Shown in pieces: positions 1 to 8,331 of a stretch of 64,000 nt of DNA. Numbering within the stretch: the first letter of the stretch is position 1; the number at the start of each line of letters is the position of its first letter. This DNA is from Christensenellaceae bacterium (GTDB lineage: Bacteria; Bacillota; Clostridia; Christensenellales; DTU072), in assembly GCA_031259965.1 (NCBI GenBank), contig JAIRKT010000049.1:1991-65990 (forward strand), given 5' to 3'. Both the position numbers and the translations under genes were made by a program. Under the pieces are notes generated by a model. That model worked only from the letters and a program-made list of their open reading frames with translations, was not told the DNA's origin and did no database searches.

Positions 1-580
1 TTATATATTTTAGTGTTTCTACATAAACACCATAACCCGAATTATTTTTCCTTGTTCTAATGACACCATCAACATACTCGCCTAGTAACGAATGCAAACC
101 TACAGATGTATTAAACAGTTTTATTATCTCCGTGTGGTTAATTATAAACAACCATGGCCGCTCATCAAACTCATCATTGCGTATTACAAAATCTATAAAC
201 TCATTCATTGCATTCTCATTTTTTGCCATCCTTTCTGTTATAAATCGCACTCTGTTATGTGTCCCAAATAATGTTTTGTCTACTTTATCTGCAACCGATG
301 TGACTGCTTGTGTTAGTGTTATTCCTTCACCATTTCTAATTATTGATGTGCGTTTATTCGCAGTATCCTGAGCACCCCGACCATCCCCAGAATTACTAGG
401 ATCTATTATCTCTAAAATCACATGATATATTCCATTCTCATCTAAGTCATATAATGCGCTATTTGTCATAGCTATATTCCGCGGCTCAACACCGCCAACA
501 CAACCAAAAAAAGTAGTGCTCAGCGCAAAAAAACTTATCAGCACTAGAATTAATCTAATTGTATGTTTCTCTCTCATCAT
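1..580 (-). CDS. Ger(x)C-family spore germination lipoprotein (runs off the left edge)
   Basis: Not in the ORF track. Manual translation from ATG 580: MMREKHTIRLILVLISFFALSTTFFGC-VGGVEPRNIAMTNSALYDLDENG..., a signal peptide with lipobox Cys, open to position 1. Overlaps the gerA stop (A-C order as in gerK operons). Confidence 0.8.
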   Translation of the reverse strand, partial: MMREKHTIRLILVLISFFALSTTFFGCVGGVEPRNIAMTNSALYDLDENGIYHVILEIIDPSNSGDGRGAQDTANKRTSIIRNGEGITLTQAVTSVADKVDKTLFGTHNRVRFITERMAKNENAMNEFIDFVIRNDEFDERPWLFIINHTEIIKLFNTSVGLHSLLGEYVDGVIRTRKNNSGYGVYVETLKYI

Positions 581-2006
581 AACTATGTTGTTCAATTTTT
601 TGTATTCGATCGCTTTCTCGATTGACAGATTGGTGTGCTTGTTTTTTCAGAGATAACCTTATTATAGAATTTATCATACCGTTTCTGCTTTCAATTTTTA
701 ATATGGTTTCACCAAATGAATTAATACTAGCAAGTTGTGCTATCATTAAGACCAACCCTATGCCTATCCCTAATAATCCTAAAAAAGCACCAAGAGCTAA
801 AAATAACAATCTAAATATAGTTGTAAATTCATTTAAATTAGGAATCACAAAAGAACTAACAGCTGTCAATGCTACAATCATTACACTTGGGGCGCTTACA
901 ATTCCAGCTCTCACAGCGGCATCCCCTACTATTAATGCACCAACTATTGAAACTGCAGAGCCTATCGTTTTAGGTAGTCTTGTTCCTGATTCTTTTAGTA
1001 GTTCCAACATGACAATCAAAAAAAGAATTTCAACGGCCTGAGGAAATGGCGTATTTGCGACAGATCCTATAATTGTTTCTAAATATGAAACAGGCAACAT
1101 CTCTCTGTTATAGGTAGTTATTGCAACTGCAACACCAGGTAAAAAAACACTTAATAAAAAACCAATTACCCTCATTAATCTTAAAAATGTTCCAAAGAAT
1201 ATGCGATGATAATGATCTTCTGCAGTTTTGAAATTGTCTATAAAAAATTCTGGGATTGTTAAAACATGCGGGGTTCCATCACATAATATTATAACCTTTC
1301 CATCTAGCAACCTGGTAACAACAATATCTGGTTTTTGTGTCATTCCTATACCAGATACAGAAGCAAATGGTTTGTTTTCTAAATACTGTTCAATCTTGCC
1401 AGATTCTGTAATGCCATCAACATTTATCGATTTTAATTTGGTTTTTATTTGTTTGACAACATCCTGACTGGCTACATTATTTATATAGCCCAGTGCAATA
1501 TGCGTCTTGGTTTTTCTGCCAATTTTAATTTGCTCTAAAATAAGTTGGGAAGTTCTTAATTTGCGTCTGATAAGAACGGTATTTGTTATTAAATCTTCTG
1601 TAAAACCCTCTTTAGGCCCGCGTGTGACATTTTCTGCATCTGGCGTTTGGACTGGGCGCTTCTCCCATTTTTTAATGTCAAACAAAAAATAAATATTTCT
1701 AAACCACACTCCCATTTGTCCAGTCAGAATCTCATCTGCAAATTGAGAAATGTTTTGAACTCTCTTACAAATACAATTTGTCCTTAATTCAATATTACCA
1801 TCAAAATCAGATTCTTTGAGTGGTTTTATTATGTCTCGATTCATCAAATCACGGTCTATGAAACCATCAAGATAAACTGTGATTATGTGCTCCTTATTTG
1901 CAATTAAAACTTTGTCAACTACAACATCAAAACTATTGCCTAGCGAGCTTTTTATTTCTGAAAGCTGACAATCTATGTCATTTGCGTGGAATAATTTAAT
2001 CCTCAT
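555..2006 (-). CDS. GerA-family spore germination receptor subunit A
   Basis: Motifs RGPKEGFTE, DGTPHVLTIP, LELLKESGTRLP, SIVGALIVGDAAV; C-terminal TM region. Confidence 0.93.
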   Translation of the reverse strand: MRIKLFHANDIDCQLSEIKSSLGNSFDVVVDKVLIANKEHIITVYLDGFIDRDLMNRDIIKPLKESDFDGNIELRTNCICKRVQNISQFADEILTGQMGVWFRNIYFLFDIKKWEKRPVQTPDAENVTRGPKEGFTEDLITNTVLIRRKLRTSQLILEQIKIGRKTKTHIALGYINNVASQDVVKQIKTKLKSINVDGITESGKIEQYLENKPFASVSGIGMTQKPDIVVTRLLDGKVIILCDGTPHVLTIPEFFIDNFKTAEDHYHRIFFGTFLRLMRVIGFLLSVFLPGVAVAITTYNREMLPVSYLETIIGSVANTPFPQAVEILFLIVMLELLKESGTRLPKTIGSAVSIVGALIVGDAAVRAGIVSAPSVMIVALTAVSSFVIPNLNEFTTIFRLLFLALGAFLGLLGIGIGLVLMIAQLASINSFGETILKIESRNGMINSIIRLSLKKQAHQSVNRESDRIQKIEQHSYDERETYN

Positions 2007-2392
2007 TATCTTTAAATTATTACCATGTTAAACAAAAAAATACAATTCCAAAAATTTTAATTTTTGTGCTTTTGTAAGGACAATTTTTGCTGGCTATTAA
2101 ATTCTTTTAAGTTTAATATCTTTTATCTATAACAGACTTGCTAAAATGGAATATGCTTGTGGTTTTTAACTTGTGTATTTCTAAATGCTAAAAAACTCAA
2201 TAACACCGATAAATAAGACATAGCCCGAATTTACAGCACAAACCGTTTAAAATCGCATTTGTATACTGCGTGTGAAAATGTCTTAACACATAGACAAAAC
2301 AACGTCTGAGCGCGTAAAAATGATAACACAAAAGGCTGCCTTGCACACTATTTAATTATAGAACTAATTAACTATTAATATTGACATAAGTC

Positions 2393-2890
2393 TCAAATTT
2401 TTGGAGGCATAACAAAAGGTGCGTTATTGTTGGTTATTGCACCGTTAATAGCATTCAAAGCATCTTTTAACCTTTGCTGTGTGTCGCCCAATAGCTCATT
2501 AACTTCAGCTCTAACTTCATTTAGTACTTTTGCTTTATGGTCAGCTGCCTGTTGTTTTATGATTTCAGCTTCGCGTTGAGCCTGATGAATTATGTTGTGC
2601 TCACTCAAAATCTGATCAGCGCGTTGCTGCGCCATCAGCACAATATTTGATGCCTTTTGAGTCTCCTCAGCAAGATTGTATTCAGGCACAATCGGTCTCA
2701 AAGATGGTGGTGGTACTGCTTTTTTGGAAACAACAGCTCTTTGTGGCGTTGTGGGATAAACTTCTCGAATTTTGTTAAGTATATTAACTATAACTTCAGC
2801 ATCGACTGTTACACCTGAACCAAAAAAACTTTTTTTGCCGTTATCGAGTTCTTCCTCAATTTGCAATAATAGATCTTCTATGTCTTCCAT
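2393..2890 (-). CDS. Conserved coiled-coil protein typically found downstream of coaD in Clostridia
   Basis: LLLQIEEELDNGKK..TVD..A.QRADQILSEH.I..QA..EA pattern; overlaps the upstream stop. Confidence 0.65.
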   Translation of the reverse strand: MEDIEDLLLQIEEELDNGKKSFFGSGVTVDAEVIVNILNKIREVYPTTPQRAVVSKKAVPPPSLRPIVPEYNLAEETQKASNIVLMAQQRADQILSEHNIIHQAQREAEIIKQQAADHKAKVLNEVRAEVNELLGDTQQRLKDALNAINGAITNNNAPFVMPPKI

Positions 2891-3900
2891 TTTTTATCCT
2901 CTGCAATAATTTCTTTTATAATAGACTTATCAATAAGGCCATCTACTCCCTCGCCAGCATTAATGCGATCCCTAACAAGTGAACTACTTATTTGGATATC
3001 TTTCGCTTTAATGAACAAGGTTGTTATGTCTCCATGTGTCTTATTATATTCGGCCATTTCCTCTTCATACTGTGATTCAGCAGGAGTACGTAGACCTCTA
3101 ACTAAATATTTTATACCATTTTGCTTACAATAGTCAACGACTAGACCCTCAAAATATGATATTTTAATCTTTTTTTTGTATTCTTTTAATGATTTCTCTA
3201 TAAAACGTAGTCTTTTTTGCACTCCATACCTTGGATTCTTATCAGGATTGATCAAAATCACTACATGGAGCATATCAAATTTTTCAAGTCCCTTTTCAAC
3301 TAAATATTTATGTCCTAATGTAAATGGATCAAATGAACCAGTTACTGCAGCCTTCGTTTCACGTTTAAGAATTGATATCGTGGTTCCACCATAATCGCGC
3401 ACAATCGAATCATTAAACTCAACTGGTAGCTTGTATGGCTTGTCATCTCTTTTTCTCTCTAAAACTATAATTCCACCTGCATTTAATATTTCTTTTTCCG
3501 CAATTAATGTTAACACTTCATTTTCAATTTTGCTTTCATATGGTGGATCTATGAAAATAATATCAAAAACAAAACCTCTTAAAGCCAATTCACTTATACA
3601 AGCTCTATAATCTTTGCTTATAATTTGGCTTTCAGAATTTATTTTTTCAAGATTTGATTTTATTACATTAACTGCTTCACGTGAATGGTCACAAAAAACA
3701 ACACTGCTAGCACCACGCGATAAGGATTCAATGCCTAGTGCACCACTGCCTGCAAACAGATCCAATACTACAGCATCCTCAACTTTGTTTCTTATTAGGT
3801 TAAACATAGCTTCCTTTACTCGATCTGTTGTTGGTCGCACATTTTGACCAGGAACTGCACTTAATTTTCGGCCTTTGTATTTGCCTGCAATTACTCTCAT
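2878..3900 (-). CDS. rsmD-coaD: Fusion of RsmD (16S rRNA m2G966 methyltransferase) and CoaD (phosphopantetheine adenylyltransferase)
   Basis: N-half RVIAGKYKGR, RPTTDRVKEA, DLFAGSGALG, DPPY; C-half GSFDPFTLGH, VRGLR, ISSSLVR; one uninterrupted frame. Confidence 0.92.
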   Translation of the reverse strand: MRVIAGKYKGRKLSAVPGQNVRPTTDRVKEAMFNLIRNKVEDAVVLDLFAGSGALGIESLSRGASSVVFCDHSREAVNVIKSNLEKINSESQIISKDYRACISELALRGFVFDIIFIDPPYESKIENEVLTLIAEKEILNAGGIIVLERKRDDKPYKLPVEFNDSIVRDYGGTTISILKRETKAAVTGSFDPFTLGHKYLVEKGLEKFDMLHVVILINPDKNPRYGVQKRLRFIEKSLKEYKKKIKISYFEGLVVDYCKQNGIKYLVRGLRTPAESQYEEEMAEYNKTHGDITTLFIKAKDIQISSSLVRDRINAGEGVDGLIDKSIIKEIIAEDKKWKT

Positions 3901-3920
3901 TGCTTGTTTTTACTCTCCTT

Positions 3921-4472
3921 CTAAGCGTTTCTTCTTAAAACGCCTTTATCAGTAATAATTATATCCATCTTAACATCAAGATTGTTTGCAAAAACATCAA
4001 CTACTTTATAATCAGAATAAGCAACACATATTTTTGTAGCACTGCTACTCTTTAGATATTTATCGTAACAACCCAAACCCCTTCCTAGTCTGTTTAAATT
4101 GTGATCAAAACCCAGACAAGGTATAAATATTATATCTGCTTCTAGATCATTGAATACACTGCCTGAAGCTTCACTAATTCCAAACCTGTTTTTTTTAAGT
4201 TCTGAACCCTCATCAAATCTAGTAAATGCAATTGTTTTTTCAAGCAGCACTGGTGTGTATATAGTTTTGTTGATACTTCGTGCTACCTTTATAACCTGTG
4301 TTAAATCAGGCTCATTTCTAAAACTACTCATAAACACATATACACAATTTGCAACTAAAAATTCTGGAAGAGTTATGATAAAGTTAGTTATAGCCTGAGT
4401 TTTTGCAAGACAATCGGCTAGTATTATGCTCTTTAACTGTAGTCTCAAGTTTTTCTTTGAATTATTCTCCAC
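3921..4472 (-). CDS. 5-formyltetrahydrofolate cyclo-ligase
   Basis: FGISE, PCLGFD..NRLGRGLGCYD, DVKMDIIITD. Confidence 0.9.
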   Translation of the reverse strand: MENNSKKNLRLQLKSIILADCLAKTQAITNFIITLPEFLVANCVYVFMSSFRNEPDLTQVIKVARSINKTIYTPVLLEKTIAFTRFDEGSELKKNRFGISEASGSVFNDLEADIIFIPCLGFDHNLNRLGRGLGCYDKYLKSSSATKICVAYSDYKVVDVFANNLDVKMDIIITDKGVLRRNA

Positions 4473-4476
4473 TACT

Positions 4477-4902
4477 CTAAATCGGCAAGTCGCGTCCCAT
4501 CAGATTTATCCCATTACTTTCTAATATAGCTGCCGTTTTTTCATTATCGTCAACTTTGATTAGAATAATTGCATTCTCCTTGTTTGCCCCTGCAAATGAA
4601 TAGAGATAACCTATATTAATTTTTGCTTTTTCTAAGATGCTTAGCACTTTAAACATTTCGCCAGGTTTATCTGCAACATTAAAACCTATAAGATCAGTTG
4701 CGGATGCATTGAAACCATTAATTTTTAGTGTCTCAACCGCTCGCACATTATCGTCAGTTATTGCTCTTAAAATTCCGTATTCCTCAGTATCAGCAATTGA
4801 CATGGCCCTTATGTTTATATTAGCATCAGCTAATACTTTAGAAAACTCGGCAATTCTACCACTTCTGTTTTCCAAAAAAACCGCTATCTGATTTACTAAC
4901 AT
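4477..4902 (-). CDS. Tandem ACT-domain protein (usual paaK neighbour)
   Basis: QIAVFLENRSGR..NINIRAMSIADT..GILR; DKPG..INIGYLYSF. Confidence 0.9.
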   Translation of the reverse strand: MLVNQIAVFLENRSGRIAEFSKVLADANINIRAMSIADTEEYGILRAITDDNVRAVETLKINGFNASATDLIGFNVADKPGEMFKVLSILEKAKINIGYLYSFAGANKENAIILIKVDDNEKTAAILESNGINLMGRDLPI

Positions 4903-4927
4903 TTTAAATATTCCTTTTAATGCTCAT

Positions 4928-5048
4928 ACAAACCTACTTATAGATTTGTAGCTTTTTCCACTATCTTCCAAAAAACCGCGCTAGATAGCTTCCGACCTCT
5001 AGTGTTGGGCTTTGTGTCCTGTGGCGTAACTTTCGCTATGCAAGCGTA
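4928..5048 (-). ncRNA. Structured intergenic element, copy 1 (unassigned motif)
   Basis: Aligns with 6443-6566 and 8165-8286; stems CGCT/AGCG, CCAC/GTGG, CCAA/TTGG, CTAG/CTAG with C(GGAA)G loop, ACAAATCT/AGGTTTGT. Confidence 0.7.
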
Positions 5049-5114
5049 GTATTATTCTCAGGTTATTCAAAACCTTTTTCGCAATATGACAATCCACAAA
5101 CAAAACTATATATT

Positions 5115-6413
5115 TTATTTGCGCTTGTCAGTTACTCTTTGTGCTTTGCCCTCGCTTCGCTTTATACTAGCATATGAAACCAATTTAACCTGTGCAGAAA
5201 CACCAATGGCAGATCCTATAACTGTTTCGAGTTTTGATACCAGCGCTTCTATGTCCTTTACTTCATCAAATTTTGCATCTTGTTTTAATTCGATTGCTAT
5301 TTCCATAACATCTAAATTTTTAACTCTGTCTACCGTTATATGATAATGTGACGAGATTTTATCATCCGATCCGATCAATGCACTCTCAATTTGTGATGGA
5401 AAAACGTTTACACCTCGAATAATTAGCATGTCATCAGATCTGCCTTTTATCCTCTTTATTCTATAACCCGTGCGCTTACACGGACATGGAGAGTCATCTA
5501 AGGCTGTTATATCCCTCGTCCTATAACGAATGAGTGGCATTCCTTGCTTTGTTAGTGTTGTAAATACAAGCTCTCCACGTTCGCCTATTGGCAGTGGTTC
5601 TAATGTGTCTACATCAACAATTTCAGGATAAAAGTGATCATCCCAAATATGTGCACCTTTTTGGAATTCACATTCAGACGCAACACCTGGACCAGCTATT
5701 TCTGATAATCCATAGATGTCATAAGCTTTTAATCCTAGTTTATCCTCTATTTCGTTTCGCATTTCCTCAGACCACGGTTCAGCACCAAAGAGCCCCCATT
5801 TTAGATTTAAATCTTTTGCTGTGTATCCTGCTTTTATTATTTCATCTGCAAGATAAATAGCATATGAGGGTGTACAACAAATACCATCTGCCTTGAAATC
5901 AATTATTAATTGTATTTGTCTTGGCGTATTACCAGCAGAAACTGGCACTACTGTTAAGCCCAATCTCTCGCCGCCATAATGTAATCCCAACCCACCTGTG
6001 AACAATCCATAACCATAAGCCACATGCAAAAGCGAATTAGCATCAGCGCCTGCCGCAACTAAACTTCTAGCACAACACTCAGCCCATACTTCTATATCAT
6101 ATTTAGTGTATCCTACAACCGTGAGTTTTCCAGTTGTGCCAGAGGAGGCATGAACACGTATAATATCTTTTTTATCAGTCGAAAACATGCCAAATGGATA
6201 ATTATCTCTTAAATCCTGCTTTGTCGTAAATGGCAACTTTACAATGTCATCTATACTTTTTATGTCAGATGGTTTTATGTTAATTGCATCCATTTTTGCT
6301 CTGTACGCTGGCACACTGTCATAGACTCTTTTGACTAGATCTACTAAAAGCTCGGATTGTAATTTGTGCTTTTCTTTTTTTGTTAAGCATTCGTTCTTTT
6401 TGTCAAAAAACAA
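5115..6413 (-). CDS. paaK: Phenylacetate-CoA ligase family protein
   Basis: HASSGTTG, YGLFTGGLG, GAEPW, DIYGLSE, RYRTRD, GRSDDMLIIRGVN; start moved to TTG 6413 after SD AAGGAAGGA. Confidence 0.92.
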   Translation of the reverse strand: MFFDKKNECLTKKEKHKLQSELLVDLVKRVYDSVPAYRAKMDAINIKPSDIKSIDDIVKLPFTTKQDLRDNYPFGMFSTDKKDIIRVHASSGTTGKLTVVGYTKYDIEVWAECCARSLVAAGADANSLLHVAYGYGLFTGGLGLHYGGERLGLTVVPVSAGNTPRQIQLIIDFKADGICCTPSYAIYLADEIIKAGYTAKDLNLKWGLFGAEPWSEEMRNEIEDKLGLKAYDIYGLSEIAGPGVASECEFQKGAHIWDDHFYPEIVDVDTLEPLPIGERGELVFTTLTKQGMPLIRYRTRDITALDDSPCPCKRTGYRIKRIKGRSDDMLIIRGVNVFPSQIESALIGSDDKISSHYHITVDRVKNLDVMEIAIELKQDAKFDEVKDIEALVSKLETVIGSAIGVSAQVKLVSYASIKRSEGKAQRVTDKRK

Positions 6414-6442
6414 TTCTCTATCCTTCCTTCTGTTAATACAAA

Positions 6443-6566
6443 ACAAACCTACTCCCAGATTTGTAGCTTATCCCACCATCAACCACTCATCGCGCTCACC
6501 TGCTTTCGACATGCGAGTGTTGGTCTTCGTGTCCTGTGGTATTTAAACACGCTAAGCTAATGCGTA
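6443..6566 (-). ncRNA. Structured intergenic element, copy 2 (unassigned motif)
   Basis: Same blocks as copies 1 and 3: TACGC/GCGTG, CCAC/GTGG, GACCA/TGGTT, CTCG/TGAG with C(GAAA)G loop, ACAAATCT/AGGTTTGT. Confidence 0.7.
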
Positions 6567-6610
6567 TCCAGTTTTCATTACTACCCCCCTGTTATTTACA
6601 AATTTATCTG

Positions 6611-7186
6611 TTAATCAGCATCTAAAGGCTCATAACCATATTTTAATGCCCTCTTGTTAACATCTAAAAAGCGCGCAGGTGTTGATGATGACATTGCATC
6701 TTCCATCTCATCATAACTAATAGCACATTTCTTTGCAAACGCCCCTATCATTACAATATTGACAGCTTTTATGTTGCCAGCTTTTTCAGCAAGTGCGCCT
6801 GCATCTAACACAACAAGATTTTTACCACTGTCTCTAATTTTCTGTGGTATGTTTTCAGGATAATCTGCAGCACCCATTATCACTGGCATTGGCAGTATTT
6901 GTCCCTCATTCAATATTATCGTGCCATTCTGGCTTAGATAATGCATCCATCTAAATGCCTCTAACGTTTCGAAAGCAATAACATAATCTGCCTGGCCTTC
7001 TGTTATAACTGGGGAGGCTACATCTGAACCTATTCTAACATGTGTAACTACACTCCCTCCGCGTTGTGACATCCCGTGAACCTCACTTAATTTGCAATCT
7101 TTATTTTGATTCACAGCCCAAGCACCAAGCACTCTGCTCGCCAGTAATGTTCCCTGTCCCCCAACACCAACAATCAATATGTTCAT
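6611..7186 (-). CDS. iorB: Indolepyruvate:ferredoxin oxidoreductase beta subunit
   Basis: NILIVGVGGQG, SEVHGMSQRGGSV; start moved to ATG 7186. Confidence 0.9.
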   Translation of the reverse strand: MNILIVGVGGQGTLLASRVLGAWAVNQNKDCKLSEVHGMSQRGGSVVTHVRIGSDVASPVITEGQADYVIAFETLEAFRWMHYLSQNGTIILNEGQILPMPVIMGAADYPENIPQKIRDSGKNLVVLDAGALAEKAGNIKAVNIVMIGAFAKKCAISYDEMEDAMSSSTPARFLDVNKRALKYGYEPLDAD

Positions 7187-7199
7187 TAATAATAACTCC

Positions 7200-8147
7200 C
7201 TAGTTCCCCAAACAAAGAGCCGCCGCTCCCAATATACCAGCATCGTTTTTAAGTTCTGCTCTTACAATTTTTGTAGCAGGATTTCTTGTGCTACCATAAC
7301 TATCCCGATTAACATGTTTTATAATCTCATTTATGAAAAAATCACCCTCATTAGAAATACCACCACCTATAATCACTGCGTCTGGTCTAAATATATTAAC
7401 TAGATTGGTAATTCCACACGCGACGTCTTCAATATACTGATCTACAACATTAATGGCCTGAGCATCACATTTTTCTGCTGCTCTAAAAGCAGTACGTCCA
7501 GAAACTTTTCCCTCATCCTTTGCAATTTGTGACATTAAACTATCGGGATATTTTTTTATGGCTTTTGTGGTTTCTCTAATTAAAGCAGTTGCAGAGGCAT
7601 ATGCCTCCCAACATCCTTTTCGGCCACAGGTGCATTTCAACCCACCTTTTTTTATCACCATATGTCCGCCCTCACCACCTGCACCGCCTGCGCCAGAATG
7701 AATTTTTCGGTTTACTACGATTCCAGTACCAACGCCTGTGCCAAGTGTTATAAAAACTATATTCTTCATAGATTTAGCACATCCAAATACCATTTCGCCC
7801 AATGCTGCGCAATTTGCATCGTTTTCAACAGCACAACCTACAGCAAAGCGTTGGCTTATTCCAGCACCAATATCCACATGACTAACTTTAATATTATTTG
7901 AATATATAAGATGTCCTTCATATGGTTCAACAGTGCCAGGCACACCTACCCCTACCGATTTTAGTTGATCTCTACTTATTGGTGAATTATTTAACAGATC
8001 AGAAGTTAACTCAAAAAGACTATTCATAAGCCGCGATCGACTACCAGTTACAGTCTTTACTGTAACCTTTCTAATTATTTCACCTTGTTTTGAGACTATT
8101 CCACCTTTTAAGGACATCCCACCTATGTCAATTCCTATAGCGTACAT
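7200..8147 (-). CDS. ROK-family sugar kinase (glucokinase-like)
   Basis: GIDIGG, ENDANCAALGE, TLGTGVG, GEGGH, CTCGRKGCWEAY. Confidence 0.93.
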   Translation of the reverse strand: MYAIGIDIGGMSLKGGIVSKQGEIIRKVTVKTVTGSRSRLMNSLFELTSDLLNNSPISRDQLKSVGVGVPGTVEPYEGHLIYSNNIKVSHVDIGAGISQRFAVGCAVENDANCAALGEMVFGCAKSMKNIVFITLGTGVGTGIVVNRKIHSGAGGAGGEGGHMVIKKGGLKCTCGRKGCWEAYASATALIRETTKAIKKYPDSLMSQIAKDEGKVSGRTAFRAAEKCDAQAINVVDQYIEDVACGITNLVNIFRPDAVIIGGGISNEGDFFINEIIKHVNRDSYGSTRNPATKIVRAELKNDAGILGAAALCLGN

Positions 8148-8164
8148 TTAAAACCTTTATTATT

Positions 8165-8286
8165 ACAAACTACACTAACAGTTCGCAACTTTATTCCACT
8201 ATCCCACAAACCTCGCTCGTTCGCTTTCGACTATACGAGTGTTGGGTTTTATGTCCAGTGGCGTAACTTCCGATAAAGCAATCGTA
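8165..8286 (-). ncRNA. Structured intergenic element, copy 3 (unassigned motif)
   Basis: CGAT/ATCG, CCACT/AGTGG, CCCA/TGGG, CTCG/CGAG with C(GAAA)G loop, GCGAACT/AGTTTGT. Confidence 0.7.
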
Positions 8287-8331
8287 CCATTCACTAATTT
8301 AACCTGTTAAAACTCTAATCATCATAGAATT

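Noticed and set aside
2015-2043. Forespore sigmaF/G-like promoter upstream of gerA (GTATT-14 nt-GGTAATAATT)
   Set aside because: Spacing is one base short and the match is weak in AT-rich DNA; plausible but not supportable.
6552-6578. Mini-ORF MKTGYALA with a G-rich SD entering copy 2
   Set aside because: No equivalent SD-led ORF at copies 1 and 3, so probably chance.
4928-8286. The three-copy element as a twister ribozyme
   Set aside because: GUCGRAAGC fits the twister GUNNNAAGC loop pattern, but there is no room for the P4' and P2' strands before the following GA/UA, and no UAA cleavage context.
4928-8286. The element as a c-di-GMP-I riboswitch or T-box
   Set aside because: GGACACAAAGC resembles GGACGCAAAGC, but the GGCAAA-P2(GNRA) arm is not upstream of it; there is no T-box UGGNACC motif.
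4928-8286. The element as a repeated peptide-coding fragment or a CRISPR array
   Set aside because: A PQDTKPNTR-like frame is shared for about 9 codons, but the conserved GTCGRAAGC falls in three different frames and stops occur. Copies are 1.5-1.7 kb apart with genes between them, and there are no cas genes.
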